Of a DNA stretch of 64,000 bases, positions 42,446 to 51,687 are shown piece after piece. Within the stretch, counting starts at the first letter, position 1; every line of letters begins with the position of its first letter. Made by a program: the position numbers and the translations under genes. Location of the stretch: assembly GCA_031362565.1 (NCBI GenBank), contig JANLSU010000103.1:32001-96000 (forward strand). Direction: 5' to 3'. Under the pieces are notes generated by a model. That model did no database searches and was not told the origin of the DNA. It worked only from the letters and a program-made list of their open reading frames with translations. Source of the stretch: a bacterium (GTDB taxonomy: Bacteria; Krumholzibacteriota; Krumholzibacteriia; G020349025).

Positions 42446-43801
42446 GTGTCCGAGTTTCAGCCATTGCTTGCGGATCTTCGCACCCCGCCCCCGGGGCCGC
42501 GCTCGCGCGCCTTGGCCGGGCGGCTCGAACGAGTCGAATGCCCGGACACGACGTTTCTTTCGGATCGCTTCCCGGTGTTCTGGGAACGTGCGTCCGGGGC
42601 GAACGTTTGGGATGTGGACGGCAATCGGTACATTGATTTGACCGCTGCCTTTGGCGTGGCGCTTCTTGGACACGGCCATCCGGATGTCATTGACGCGCTG
42701 CGCACGCAGGCGACGCGTCTCGTGCATGGCATGGGCGACGTTCATCCCACTGAACTCAAAGTCGAGGTCGCGGAGCGGTTGGCGGCACTCGCACCCGGTG
42801 GGCACGGTGTGACGTTGTTCGGCAACGCCGGTTTCGAGGCGGTCGAAGCGGCGCTCAAGACGGCGGCGCTCGCGACGGGGCGTCCCGGTGTGCTGGCGTT
42901 CGAAGGTGCGTACCATGGGCTCGGGATGGGTGCGCTCGCCACGACCTGGCGCGAAGAGTTTCGCGCCCCGTTTCGCGCTCAGTTGAATCTACACGTCACG
43001 CACGTGCCGTATCCCGCCGGCCGCGGGGTCGGTAGCGCCGCCGACGCTGGGCGTGCGCTGGATGCGGTCGATAGGTTGCTCGGCTCATCGGATGGCGCCA
43101 ACATCGGTGCGGTGCTCGTCGAACCCGTGCAGGGGCGCGGCGGCATTCGGATTCCACATGCGAGTTTTCTCACCGGCCTGCGTGAGGTCTGTACGCGGCG
43201 CGGCCGGCTACTCATCGTCGATGAAATTCTCACCGGTCTCGGGCGCACCGGCCGCTGGTTCGCGTGTGAATACTCGAATGTCGTGCCGGATCTGCTGTGC
43301 GTCGGCAAGGCGCTGGCCGGCGGGCTGCCGTTGTCGGCGTGCATCGGCACTCCGGCTGTCATGGCGAGCTGGGGCCGATCGACGGGCGAAGCGCGCCACA
43401 CCTCGACGTTTCTTGGCAATCCCATGGCGTGCGCTGCTGCCATTGCGACTCTCGATGCGTTGGCGCGCCTGGATGCGCCGCGGGTGGCGATCGAGCGCGG
43501 GGCGCGGCTTGGACGCCTCTTGGCCGGGCTCGGGGCGCATCCCGGCGTCGCGGACGTGCGTGGGTTGGGATTCTTGTTTGGCGTGGAACTGGTGTCAGCG
43601 GAGGGTTCTCCCGACGGGGCGGGCTGTTTCGACGTTGTCTGCGCCGCGCTGCAACAGGGAGTCCTGGTGCTCGGCGACGGCAGTGACGGCAACGTGCTCG
43701 CCTGCATGCCGCCGCTCTGTCTCGCCGATGAACCGATGGATGCGGCCGTCGCGGCTCTTGACGCGGCGCTCGAGATGCGTGCCGCGGGGAGCGCTCCATG
43801 A
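42446..43801 (+). CDS. Class III PLP-dependent aminotransferase
   Basis: DVDGNRYID, GFEAVEAALK, GAYHG, EPVQGRGG, DEILTGLGRTG, GKALAGG (PLP Lys), TFLGNP. Confidence 0.93.
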   Translation: MSEFQPLLADLRTPPPGPRSRALAGRLERVECPDTTFLSDRFPVFWERASGANVWDVDGNRYIDLTAAFGVALLGHGHPDVIDALRTQATRLVHGMGDVHPTELKVEVAERLAALAPGGHGVTLFGNAGFEAVEAALKTAALATGRPGVLAFEGAYHGLGMGALATTWREEFRAPFRAQLNLHVTHVPYPAGRGVGSAADAGRALDAVDRLLGSSDGANIGAVLVEPVQGRGGIRIPHASFLTGLREVCTRRGRLLIVDEILTGLGRTGRWFACEYSNVVPDLLCVGKALAGGLPLSACIGTPAVMASWGRSTGEARHTSTFLGNPMACAAAIATLDALARLDAPRVAIERGARLGRLLAGLGAHPGVADVRGLGFLFGVELVSAEGSPDGAGCFDVVCAALQQGVLVLGDGSDGNVLACMPPLCLADEPMDAAVAALDAALEMRAAGSAP

Positions 43802-44994
43802 ATGCTTCGCAAGCAGCACGCGATCCCGAAGCCGAGCGGCTCGATGCGCGCCTCCGCGACTGGATGACGACGGCACCGGCGGGGTTCACGCAGGCGGGCC
43901 GAAACCTTGGGGCACGCTACGGGCTCGATGCGGCGGGAGCCACGCGACTCGATCGTGAGTTCGATGCACTGGCCCTCGATCTGTTCGAATATCAAACCAA
44001 TCGCATCGAAGTGTATCGAACCTTTGCCGCGGCCGGCGACCGGCGCGCGACTCCGCAGCGTGCCGTCGATGTGCCGGCACTGCCGCTCGTGGCCTTCAAA
44101 CAGGCACGGGTTGCGGCTTTCCCGCCGGCGCGCGAGTGCGCGGTATTCCACACGAGCGGCACCACCGACGGCCGGCCGGGAAAGCTCCATCTCGACGACT
44201 TGTCGCTCTATGAACTGTCGCTTGCCCGCGGCTTTCGCCATCACGTGCTGCCCGACTTAGATCGCATCCGTATGTTGCTCGTAGTCGGTACGGCCCGCGA
44301 GATGCCACACTCGTCACTCGCCTACATGCTCGACCACGTGCGCCAGTTGTGGGGTACGGCCGAGAGTGGACATTTTGTTCAGGATGGCAAAGTGCAGTAC
44401 GCGGCGTTCGTGGCCGCAGTGCGCTTGGCGTGCCGTGATCGCGAGCCTGTGTGTTTGATGGGCACAGCGCTCGCGTGGGTCCAAATCCTGGACGCGTGTG
44501 CAGCCGAAGGCTTTCGCGTCGTGCTTCCCGAGGGTAGCCGGGTCTTCGAAACGGGCGGCTATAAGGGACGTACTCGAGAGTTGTCCCGCGCCGACCTCGC
44601 GGCGGGCTTCGAACCGCATTTCGGCATTCCGGCAACGCATGTCGTGAGTGAATACGGTATGACCGAGATGGCGTCGCAGTACTACACGACATCGTTGCGT
44701 GCCGCACTTCTCGACACGCCGCTCGACCAGGCAGTGTGGTCGCACCCCGCGTGGCTGCGCCCGCATTGGCTCGATCCCGAGCGCGGCACTCTGTTGGAGG
44801 TTGCGGAGGCGAGCGGCATCGGGCTGCTGGCCCATCACGATCTCGCGAATCGTGGCAGCGTTGCGCATCTGTTGACCGCCGATCTGGGCAGCGCGCACGA
44901 CGCGGGCTTTGACCTCGCCGGGCGATGTCCGCAAGCCGACCCGCGCGGGTGTGGACTCGTGTACGAAACGTTGCCGCTGGTGCGGGCGCCGTGA
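43798..44994 (+). CDS. LuxE-like acyl-protein synthetase (ANL-type carboxylate activation)
   Basis: FHTSGTT, FETGGYKGR, SEYGMTE..SQ, DLAN..S...T.DLG, C-terminal GR...RGC acyl-accepting Cys; ATGA overlap. Confidence 0.88.
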   Translation: MNASQAARDPEAERLDARLRDWMTTAPAGFTQAGRNLGARYGLDAAGATRLDREFDALALDLFEYQTNRIEVYRTFAAAGDRRATPQRAVDVPALPLVAFKQARVAAFPPARECAVFHTSGTTDGRPGKLHLDDLSLYELSLARGFRHHVLPDLDRIRMLLVVGTAREMPHSSLAYMLDHVRQLWGTAESGHFVQDGKVQYAAFVAAVRLACRDREPVCLMGTALAWVQILDACAAEGFRVVLPEGSRVFETGGYKGRTRELSRADLAAGFEPHFGIPATHVVSEYGMTEMASQYYTTSLRAALLDTPLDQAVWSHPAWLRPHWLDPERGTLLEVAEASGIGLLAHHDLANRGSVAHLLTADLGSAHDAGFDLAGRCPQADPRGCGLVYETLPLVRAP

Positions 44995-46337
44995 CTCGCC
45001 GGCGACTGGCGCATCTGCCAGGCCTCGCGGGCGAACACGATTGGCGCCCGCTCGGTGACCTCCAGTTCGATACGCCAGTGCTTGCCGCGGCCGATGTTCG
45101 CACCGTTTGGACCGCGATCGCGACCGCAAGCCGTGCATGGCGCGCGCGCCCGCTCGCCGAGCGCCTTGATCGATTGGCGGCGGTCGCGGCGTGGTTGCGG
45201 ACCGAAGGCCCTGGTCCAGAAGCAGACGCACTCGTTCGTACAACAGGATTGTCATCGGCCGGGCTTGCCGCAGCATGGGACGCGACGTTCGCACCGTCCA
45301 CACTCGCTGCGCTCGCGGCAGCAATCGACGCTGAAGGTTTGTGGGACCGGCTCGAGGCCCCCGGCGCCGACGTTGGACCCGTCGTGCATGTCGTGGCCGG
45401 TAACGTCATGCCCGCAACATGGACGATGCTCGTTCGCGGCTGGCTCGTCGGGGCGCCGCAGTGGCTGCGTCCCGCGAGCCGCGAACCGCTCTTCCCGATC
45501 ATTGTTGCGGCGCGATTGCAAGCGCTCGCGCCGGAATTGGCGGCGACATTCGCGGTGACCTGGTGGCTGCACGGCGACGATACTGTCGAACGGCACGTGC
45601 TCGAAGCGGCTCATGTCGTGACAGTGCAGGGCGACGATCCGGCGATTGCTGCGGTGCGGGCGCGTGTGCAAGCGGTCGCGGAACAAGCGCGCTGCGTTGC
45701 CTATGGACCACGCTGGAGCGCGGCGCTCGTCGCCGAGGCAGCGCAAACGCCGGACAATGCCGCCCGGTTGGTGCAGGACATGGCGCTTTTCGACCAACAA
45801 GGTTGCCTCTCGCCGTCGATCATCCTCGCCGAAGACGGTCCGCGTCTCGAAGCATGGTGCGGTGAACTTGCGGCCGCGCTCCAGGCAGCGGAGACGCGTT
45901 TGCCACGCGGCAACGTGGATGCGACGCGAAGCGCTGGACTTCGTCTGTGGCGGGAGTCGGCGCGCCTCGGAATTGCGCTCAGGACGGTACGGCAGTTGTG
46001 GGAAAGTTCAGGTTCGTCAGCGTGGGCCGTGGCGCTCACGGCGCCGGGCGCGTCGCTCGCTTCGCCGCTCGACCGCCATGTCGTCGTGATGCCAGTGGGC
46101 AACACCGCTGGCGCCGCGCAAGAGTCGATCGATGTCGTGCGTGCGGCCCTCGGCCCGCGTTTGGTGCGGTTGCAAGGGCTTGGCGTCGACACCACGGGTT
46201 GGTCGGCAGAGACGCGTGACGCCTGGGTCGCAGCCCTCGATGCAGCGCATGTCGCGCCGCTCGGAACCCTGCAATGGGCGCCACCCGGCTGGCGCCAGGA
46301 TCATCACCCGCCGCTCGGTTCACTGCTCAAGTCGTAA
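44991..46337 (+). CDS. LuxC-like acyl-thioester reductase (ALDH fold)
   Basis: HVVAGNV, RPASREP, GDD.AI..VR, YGPRWS, DMALFDQQGCLSP (catalytic Cys); GTGA overlap. Confidence 0.85.
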   Translation: MTRRRLAHLPGLAGEHDWRPLGDLQFDTPVLAAADVRTVWTAIATASRAWRARPLAERLDRLAAVAAWLRTEGPGPEADALVRTTGLSSAGLAAAWDATFAPSTLAALAAAIDAEGLWDRLEAPGADVGPVVHVVAGNVMPATWTMLVRGWLVGAPQWLRPASREPLFPIIVAARLQALAPELAATFAVTWWLHGDDTVERHVLEAAHVVTVQGDDPAIAAVRARVQAVAEQARCVAYGPRWSAALVAEAAQTPDNAARLVQDMALFDQQGCLSPSIILAEDGPRLEAWCGELAAALQAAETRLPRGNVDATRSAGLRLWRESARLGIALRTVRQLWESSGSSAWAVALTAPGASLASPLDRHVVVMPVGNTAGAAQESIDVVRAALGPRLVRLQGLGVDTTGWSAETRDAWVAALDAAHVAPLGTLQWAPPGWRQDHHPPLGSLLKS

Positions 46338-46346
46338 GAACTGGGC

Positions 46347-46685
46347 CTACCGCACCGACATGCGCAGCGCGTCGTCTTCCGAGGCTGCGAGGTCGAGCTT
46401 GGCGGCGACGTTGGTGCATTCGAACAGACGCAGCGCGGAGTCGCGGGCGCCGGTCAGACTGAAACGGCGGGCGCCGCTTCGGGCCCGCTGCTGGATCCGG
46501 AAGAGATAGGCGAGGGCGTCCGCGTCGACGCGTTCGACGTCCTGCAGGTTGAGCACGACATCGCGCGCGGTGGGAGCGAGTTCCTTGTCGATTTCGCCCA
46601 ACAATTCGCGCGCCGCGGCGCGGGTCAGGTCGCCCCGGACGCGGACGACGAGCGCCTCATCCACGGCTTGAATTCGAATCTGCAT
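46347..46685 (-). CDS. STAS-domain protein (anti-sigma-factor antagonist-like)
   Basis: VVRVRGDL, VVLNLQDVERVDADAL, about 112 aa; GAGGAGG RBS. Confidence 0.85.
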   Translation of the reverse strand: MQIRIQAVDEALVVRVRGDLTRAAARELLGEIDKELAPTARDVVLNLQDVERVDADALAYLFRIQQRARSGARRFSLTGARDSALRLFECTNVAAKLDLAASEDDALRMSVR

Positions 46686-46850
46686 GTCGCCTCCTCGCTC
46701 GGTTCCTTGGAGTATCGTCCGGTCTGCGGGCCAACGAGGGGGTATCCAGGAACGACAACTACTGTAGCCCACCACGCTGGCAGCCTGCAACAAGCGGCGA
46801 CCGCCGCCTCCCCGTCCGCCCAAGGGCTTGCCCGGGCCCCCCGCTCGCAG

Positions 46851-46865
46851 GCAGCCCGCGTGCCA
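46851..46865 (-). promoter_or_regulatory. Sigma54-like promoter upstream of the STAS gene
   Basis: Minus strand TGGCACGCGGGCTGC (GG-N10-GC). Confidence 0.4.
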
Positions 46866-46881
46866 GGCGCCAGGCCGCGCC

Positions 46882-47376
46882 CTAGGCTTCGAGCTGGGTT
46901 TCGCAGCGCCCGCTTTGACCCGGGGATTCCTCGACCGTGGCGGCGAAGGCCACGACGCCGCCCGAGCGGAGCGCGTCGTGCAATCGCTCGACGAGGGTGG
47001 TGCAAAAATACTGGGCGAGACACTCGCAGCTGACATTGGGCACCGGGAGGATGGTGCAGTCTTCGGCGGGGAGTACGTAGCGCTTGCCGCGGCACCGCAC
47101 TTCGATCTCGCCGTCCCGCGAAGTGATTTGGAGATCGGCGGCCGCACCGGGCAAGAGCAGAGTCTCATCGAGTTCGGCGCACAGGCGCCGCGCTTCGACC
47201 TTCACGGTGCCGAAGTCGACGAGCAGGCCATGCTGCAGTGTCTTAGCGCGCAGCGTGAGTTGCACGCGGTAATTGTGGCCATGCAGGCGTTCCATGGCCG
47301 ACTCGAACAATGTGAAGTGGGCGCTGGAGAACTTCATGTCCTCCTTGCCCAGCGAGATCTCGTGGATTTGCATCAC
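46882..47376 (-). CDS. 6-pyruvoyltetrahydropterin synthase/QueD family (COG0720), PTPS-III-type signature
   Basis: KFSSAHF...MERLHGHNY, GLLVDFG, SCECLA, VEESPG; E-x2-HGH with no Cys. Confidence 0.88.
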   Translation of the reverse strand: MMQIHEISLGKEDMKFSSAHFTLFESAMERLHGHNYRVQLTLRAKTLQHGLLVDFGTVKVEARRLCAELDETLLLPGAAADLQITSRDGEIEVRCRGKRYVLPAEDCTILPVPNVSCECLAQYFCTTLVERLHDALRSGGVVAFAATVEESPGQSGRCETQLEA

Positions 47377-48701
47377 CGGAACGTGAGGCCAAGGCCGATG
47401 TAGCTGGCCTTCGTCACGCCCGAGCGGCCGACGCCGTTTGCATCGACGACGCGAAAGTGGCTGAGGTTGCTGACGCGGACGAGCGCAGTTCCCATCACAT
47501 GATCACTGAGCGGCAGGCGCAGGCGCCCGGCGTAGCTCGGCCCGACCTCGGTCTCGCCGACGACGCGCAGCCCGGTGAAACCGATCATCCCGGCCAGATT
47601 CACGAACCCGAAATCGATGTCGAGTCCGCCCGAAATGGAACCGCCGTTCACGACCGGCGCCCGGCTCGAACTGAATGCCACGAAGGCGCTCTCGTTCACA
47701 AGCAAGAATTTGAAGAAGCGCTGGTTGAACGCGAAATAGACGCCGCCTTCCGTGACCGGGTCACCGGCCGGCGTGCGGGCGCCGAGGAACGCGATCACGC
47801 CCACCTCGGGCTGCAGGTCGAGCTTCGAGGGCGCGTATTGCAGGTTGTAGCCCTGGTAGTTGGGCCCGAGCATGTTGACGCCCTGTCGCAACGCCGCTGC
47901 CGGTGGCGCCGGATCGAGTGGCGCCAAGCGATCTACCGGCACCGGATCGAGCGAGACGTACTGGCTCGGGTCGGAGCTCTTGCGCGGCGGGTATTGGTCG
48001 CGCGTCGAATCCGGCTCGCCGCGGAAGAGTCGCATGTCGTTCACGGCCGGGAGCGAGTCCGGGCCGGTGGCAATCCAAACGTCGCCACCGCGCGCTGCGA
48101 GTTGCACGACCTCTTCGGCGAGCCGCTTCCGATAGGCGAGCACCACGGCGGTGGTCATATCGAGCGCCATGGCGGAATCGGCATTCTCGATCGGCGCGAT
48201 GGTGGCCGTGAAACCTTGCTTGCGGATGTTCGGAAACAGCGCGACGCTTTCGTCCGGTACCTGCGGATCGAGCTTGCCGTAGCGCGGCAGCCCGCCGTCG
48301 TAGTCCTTGCCGCGGTTGAGGTAGATCACCATCGGCCAGTACGTCGCCGCGAACCCCGCCGGCGACGAGCCATCGGCGATCGAATAGATGCGCGATGCGA
48401 TGTCACGCAGGTCGTGCCCGTTCATGAACACTTGCACCATGTTGGCGGTGTTCGGCACCGGCTCGAACGGCACGCTGGCCATCAGTTCCTTGTAGAGACG
48501 GACACGCTCGTTGATGTGATCGACGCGCGCCTTCTCGTCCAGGTACTCGATCCGCTTGCGCTCGGCTGCCTCGCGCTGCTGCTGGATTTCGGCGGGATTC
48601 GGCTGTTGAGCCGCAAGGCGCGAAACGGATCCGGCCGCCAGCAAGAGCACGCCGGCGAGGCCCAGGGTTCGGATCAAAATGGATCGGCTGCGCCCTCGCA
48701 T
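47373..48701 (-). CDS. Exported hypothetical protein with probable C-terminal outer-membrane beta-barrel
   Basis: Signal peptide, coiled N-terminus, amphipathic strands ending YIGLGLTFR. Confidence 0.65.
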   Translation of the reverse strand: MRGRSRSILIRTLGLAGVLLLAAGSVSRLAAQQPNPAEIQQQREAAERKRIEYLDEKARVDHINERVRLYKELMASVPFEPVPNTANMVQVFMNGHDLRDIASRIYSIADGSSPAGFAATYWPMVIYLNRGKDYDGGLPRYGKLDPQVPDESVALFPNIRKQGFTATIAPIENADSAMALDMTTAVVLAYRKRLAEEVVQLAARGGDVWIATGPDSLPAVNDMRLFRGEPDSTRDQYPPRKSSDPSQYVSLDPVPVDRLAPLDPAPPAAALRQGVNMLGPNYQGYNLQYAPSKLDLQPEVGVIAFLGARTPAGDPVTEGGVYFAFNQRFFKFLLVNESAFVAFSSSRAPVVNGGSISGGLDIDFGFVNLAGMIGFTGLRVVGETEVGPSYAGRLRLPLSDHVMGTALVRVSNLSHFRVVDANGVGRSGVTKASYIGLGLTFR

Positions 48702-48941
48702 CTCGGGTCGAACCTCCTGCGTTGGACCGTTCCTCGGGGGAACGTTTCGGGACGGAACGAGCCGGGGCTCGAACCCCGCGCCCGCCGCGGGCCGGGCCCT
48801 GCTCCGGTGGGACCAAATAAGCGCCACATCCTAGCACAGGCCCACGGCGGGCGGGCGCTGGGCCAAGGCCGCCCGGCACGGCCTGCCGGACGGCCCGGAA
48901 ACAAAGCCGGTGGATGCCGTGAGCGCAAGTCCCGGCGGCGA

Positions 48942-51008
48942 TTACGGCCGGGCGGTGAGCAGGCCGGCGGCGACGAATGCGGCCCCGATCCCGGCCGGGT
49001 CGGTGACCGGCACTTGGCAGGCAAAGTCGCGGCAGACGTGGGCCGCGGCACCGGACGCGGGGGGCTCCCGGCCGGCGAGCAGCGCGAGTCCGGCGGGCGG
49101 CCCTTGTTCCGGCCATCCGGCAACGACCTTATGCGGCGCAAACGGCCGATGGACGGCGGTGGCCAAGGCGCGGGCGGCCGGACCCCGGCCGACGATTGCG
49201 ACCTCTGCATTCGGCCCGAGTGCCCAGTCGAGAGCGCACAACATCTCCGCCATGCCGCCGGGTGAATCGCGCATCAATCGTCCGAATGTGGTCAGCGTGC
49301 GCCAGGCCCGCTGGCGCGTTCCGCCGTCGCCGGTGAGGGCTGCGAGGCGCAACAAGTTGCCGGCGTGCAGCGAGTTGCCGGCCGGCGTTGCGTTGTCGTA
49401 CGGCTGCCGTGAACGCGCCAACAGCGCTTCGTGGCCGCGTCCCGTGAAGAAAAATCCACCGTGCTCCGAATCCCAAAAATCAGCGTCCAGCACCGCATCG
49501 AGGCGCTGCGCGGCGTCGATCCAGCGCGGCTCGAATGTCGATTCGTAGAGGTCGAGCAGCCCGGTGATGAAGGCCGCATAGTCGTCGAGAAAGCCCGGGC
49601 CCTTGGTGCGCTCGTCCTTGTAAGTGCGAAAGAGCGTGTCGCCGGTCATGTGATCCAGAATGAATGCCGCCGCCTCGCGCGCCGGCGCGAGCCATGCCGC
49701 GTCATCGAAGGCGCGTGCGGCACGTGCAAAGGCGCTGATCGCGAGTCCGTTCCATGCGACGACCACTTTGTCATCGCGGCCGGGCGCGACGCGTTCGGCG
49801 CGCGCTGCGAAAAGTGTCGTGCGCGCCCGCCGGACGATGGCACTCAGTTCATCGATCCCGAGTCCGAGTTCCGCCGCCACAACCTCGGGGTCGCGCGGGA
49901 TAGAGAGCACGCTCGTGCCGGCTTCGAAGTTGCCGCGCGCTTCGACACCGAAATAGCGGCAGACGACGCGCCCGTCGGCGGCGCCTATCCGGGCGGTGAT
50001 TTCGTCCGGCGTCCAGGCGAAGAACTTGCCCTCGGAGTTCTCACTGTCGGCGTCTTGAGCGGCCGCGAATCCGCCGCCGGGGGCCCGCATCTCGCGCCCC
50101 AGGTAGCCGAGCGTTTCGGTTGCGACATCGCGCAGCCACGGCGCTCCGGTTGCCTGCCAGGCTTCGACGTACGTGCGCGCCAAGAGCGCATTGTCGTAGA
50201 GCATTTTTTCGAAATGCGGCACGAGCCAGCGTGCATCCGTCGAGTAGCGGTGGAAGCCGCCGCCCAGTTGATCGCACAATCCGCCGCGCGCCATCCGCAA
50301 GAGAGTGTGATTCACCATGCGGAGCGCGCTGGGCGCAGCGGTGCGCGCCTGGTAACGCAGCAGAAACGACAGCGCCATGGAGGGCGGAAACTTGGGCGCG
50401 CCACCGAAGCCGCCGGCCTCGGGATCGTAGGCGCGCTCGAGTGTCGCGAATGCGTTGTCCAGCACCGCGGTGTCGGGAACATCGGTGGACGGCGGCAGTT
50501 CGGCCATTGTCCGCAGCGCGTCCACGACTTGGCGGGCGGTCGTTTCGACATCGCCGCGCCGCGCCCGGTAGGCTTCGGCGGTGAAATGCAAAACTTGTGG
50601 GAAGCTCGGCATGCCGTGGCGCTCGGTGGGCGGAAAATAGGTACCGCCGAAAAACGGCTCGAGCTGCGGAGTCAAGAACACGCTCATCGGCCAGCCGCCG
50701 TGGCCGCCCGAGAAGAGCTGCACCGCCTGCATGTAGAGTTCGTCGATGTCCGGCCGCTCTTCGCGATCCACTTTGATGCTGACGAACGCGGCGTTCAACT
50801 GGGCGGCAATGGCCTCGTTCTCGAACGACTCGTGCTCCATCACATGACACCAGTGACACGCGGAGTAACCGACGCTCAGAAAGATAGGCCGGTCCTCTTG
50901 GCGGGCCCGCTCGAGCGCTTCTGGTCCCCAGGCATACCAGTCGACGGGATTGTTGGCGTGTTGGCGGAGATACGGACTCGTCTCGGCCGCCAGCCGGTTC
51001 TGTTGCAT
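48942..51008 (-). CDS. YyaL/SPATA20-like thioredoxin-domain protein (DUF255 plus alpha/alpha toroid)
   Basis: [52 protein letters not shown]. Confidence 0.93.
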   Translation of the reverse strand: MQQNRLAAETSPYLRQHANNPVDWYAWGPEALERARQEDRPIFLSVGYSACHWCHVMEHESFENEAIAAQLNAAFVSIKVDREERPDIDELYMQAVQLFSGGHGGWPMSVFLTPQLEPFFGGTYFPPTERHGMPSFPQVLHFTAEAYRARRGDVETTARQVVDALRTMAELPPSTDVPDTAVLDNAFATLERAYDPEAGGFGGAPKFPPSMALSFLLRYQARTAAPSALRMVNHTLLRMARGGLCDQLGGGFHRYSTDARWLVPHFEKMLYDNALLARTYVEAWQATGAPWLRDVATETLGYLGREMRAPGGGFAAAQDADSENSEGKFFAWTPDEITARIGAADGRVVCRYFGVEARGNFEAGTSVLSIPRDPEVVAAELGLGIDELSAIVRRARTTLFAARAERVAPGRDDKVVVAWNGLAISAFARAARAFDDAAWLAPAREAAAFILDHMTGDTLFRTYKDERTKGPGFLDDYAAFITGLLDLYESTFEPRWIDAAQRLDAVLDADFWDSEHGGFFFTGRGHEALLARSRQPYDNATPAGNSLHAGNLLRLAALTGDGGTRQRAWRTLTTFGRLMRDSPGGMAEMLCALDWALGPNAEVAIVGRGPAARALATAVHRPFAPHKVVAGWPEQGPPAGLALLAGREPPASGAAAHVCRDFACQVPVTDPAGIGAAFVAAGLLTARP

Positions 51009-51100
51009 TGCCGCGCGCGTCCTTTCACCAACTCGTTCTGGAGCCAAGCGCCGCAAGATAGCACGGCGGCTTGACCGAACAGTTGGGCGCGCCGGAAAGC

Positions 51101-51126
51101 AAAAACGGCCGGCGTATGCCGGCCGT
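51101..51126 (-). terminator. Rho-independent terminator after the small ORF
   Basis: Minus strand ACGGCCGGC-ATAC-GCCGGCCGT followed by a T run. Confidence 0.8.
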
Positions 51127-51162
51127 CTTGGTCACTCATTCGGGCGAGGGGTGGCGGGTCCG

Positions 51163-51279
51163 TTACATCAGGTGGCGCAGCAGGAGGAGCAGCGCACAGC
51201 TCACGAGTACGCCGACCGCAACGCGTCCCAAACCCTGTTTTCGACCCTTCAGCTCCTCGACTTCGATCTCGTAGTCCAT
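51163..51279 (-). CDS. Small single-pass membrane protein (38 aa)
   Basis: MDYEIEVEELKGRKQGLGRVAVGVLVSCALLLLLRHLM; GGAGG RBS and its own terminator. Confidence 0.6.
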   Translation of the reverse strand: MDYEIEVEELKGRKQGLGRVAVGVLVSCALLLLLRHLM

Positions 51280-51687
51280 GGTGCCTCCAGCTCGAAACGG
51301 GCCCTCGTTGGACCGTCGGCGTGGGATGCGACGCCGCGGTCCGAACATGCGTCACGCAACCGATGTGCCCGTGGGCGGTGGGTAGGCACGGGACCGCGAG
51401 TGGAACGACGAGGCAGCGATATCCCCTGCGGGGCTTGGACCCACGACGCAGCCTGCGACGCACGCACCGCAAAGCGCGCGTTCGGTGCCTCGAATCCATC
51501 CAGCACTTGCCGCGTTGCGGAAACCCCACGGAATCAAAGGCCCGTTACGGCAACGCACGGTGCCTTGCGATGTGATGCGCCGCACCGCATTCTTCTGCGG
51601 CCGAGGCGAGCGTCCGCGGGACGTTCGCGGCGCGCCAAGTTCGCGAGCGGATTGCCAGGGTGCAGCGTGGCCGGGAAGGGAACAACG

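Noticed and set aside
43798..46337. Bioluminescence (lux) operon
   Set aside because: Only LuxE- and LuxC-like genes are present; no luxA/luxB/luxD/luxG in the window, and they are coupled to queE and an aminotransferase instead.
41795..47376. dpd-type 7-deazaguanine DNA modification island
   Set aside because: No dpdA/tgt-like transglycosylase, dpdB/C, queC or mobility genes; composition resembles the flanking core genes.
46882..47376. Calling this gene queD
   Set aside because: It lacks the C-x3-HGH cysteine and has the E-x2-HGH PTPS-III signature, so the symbol is withheld.
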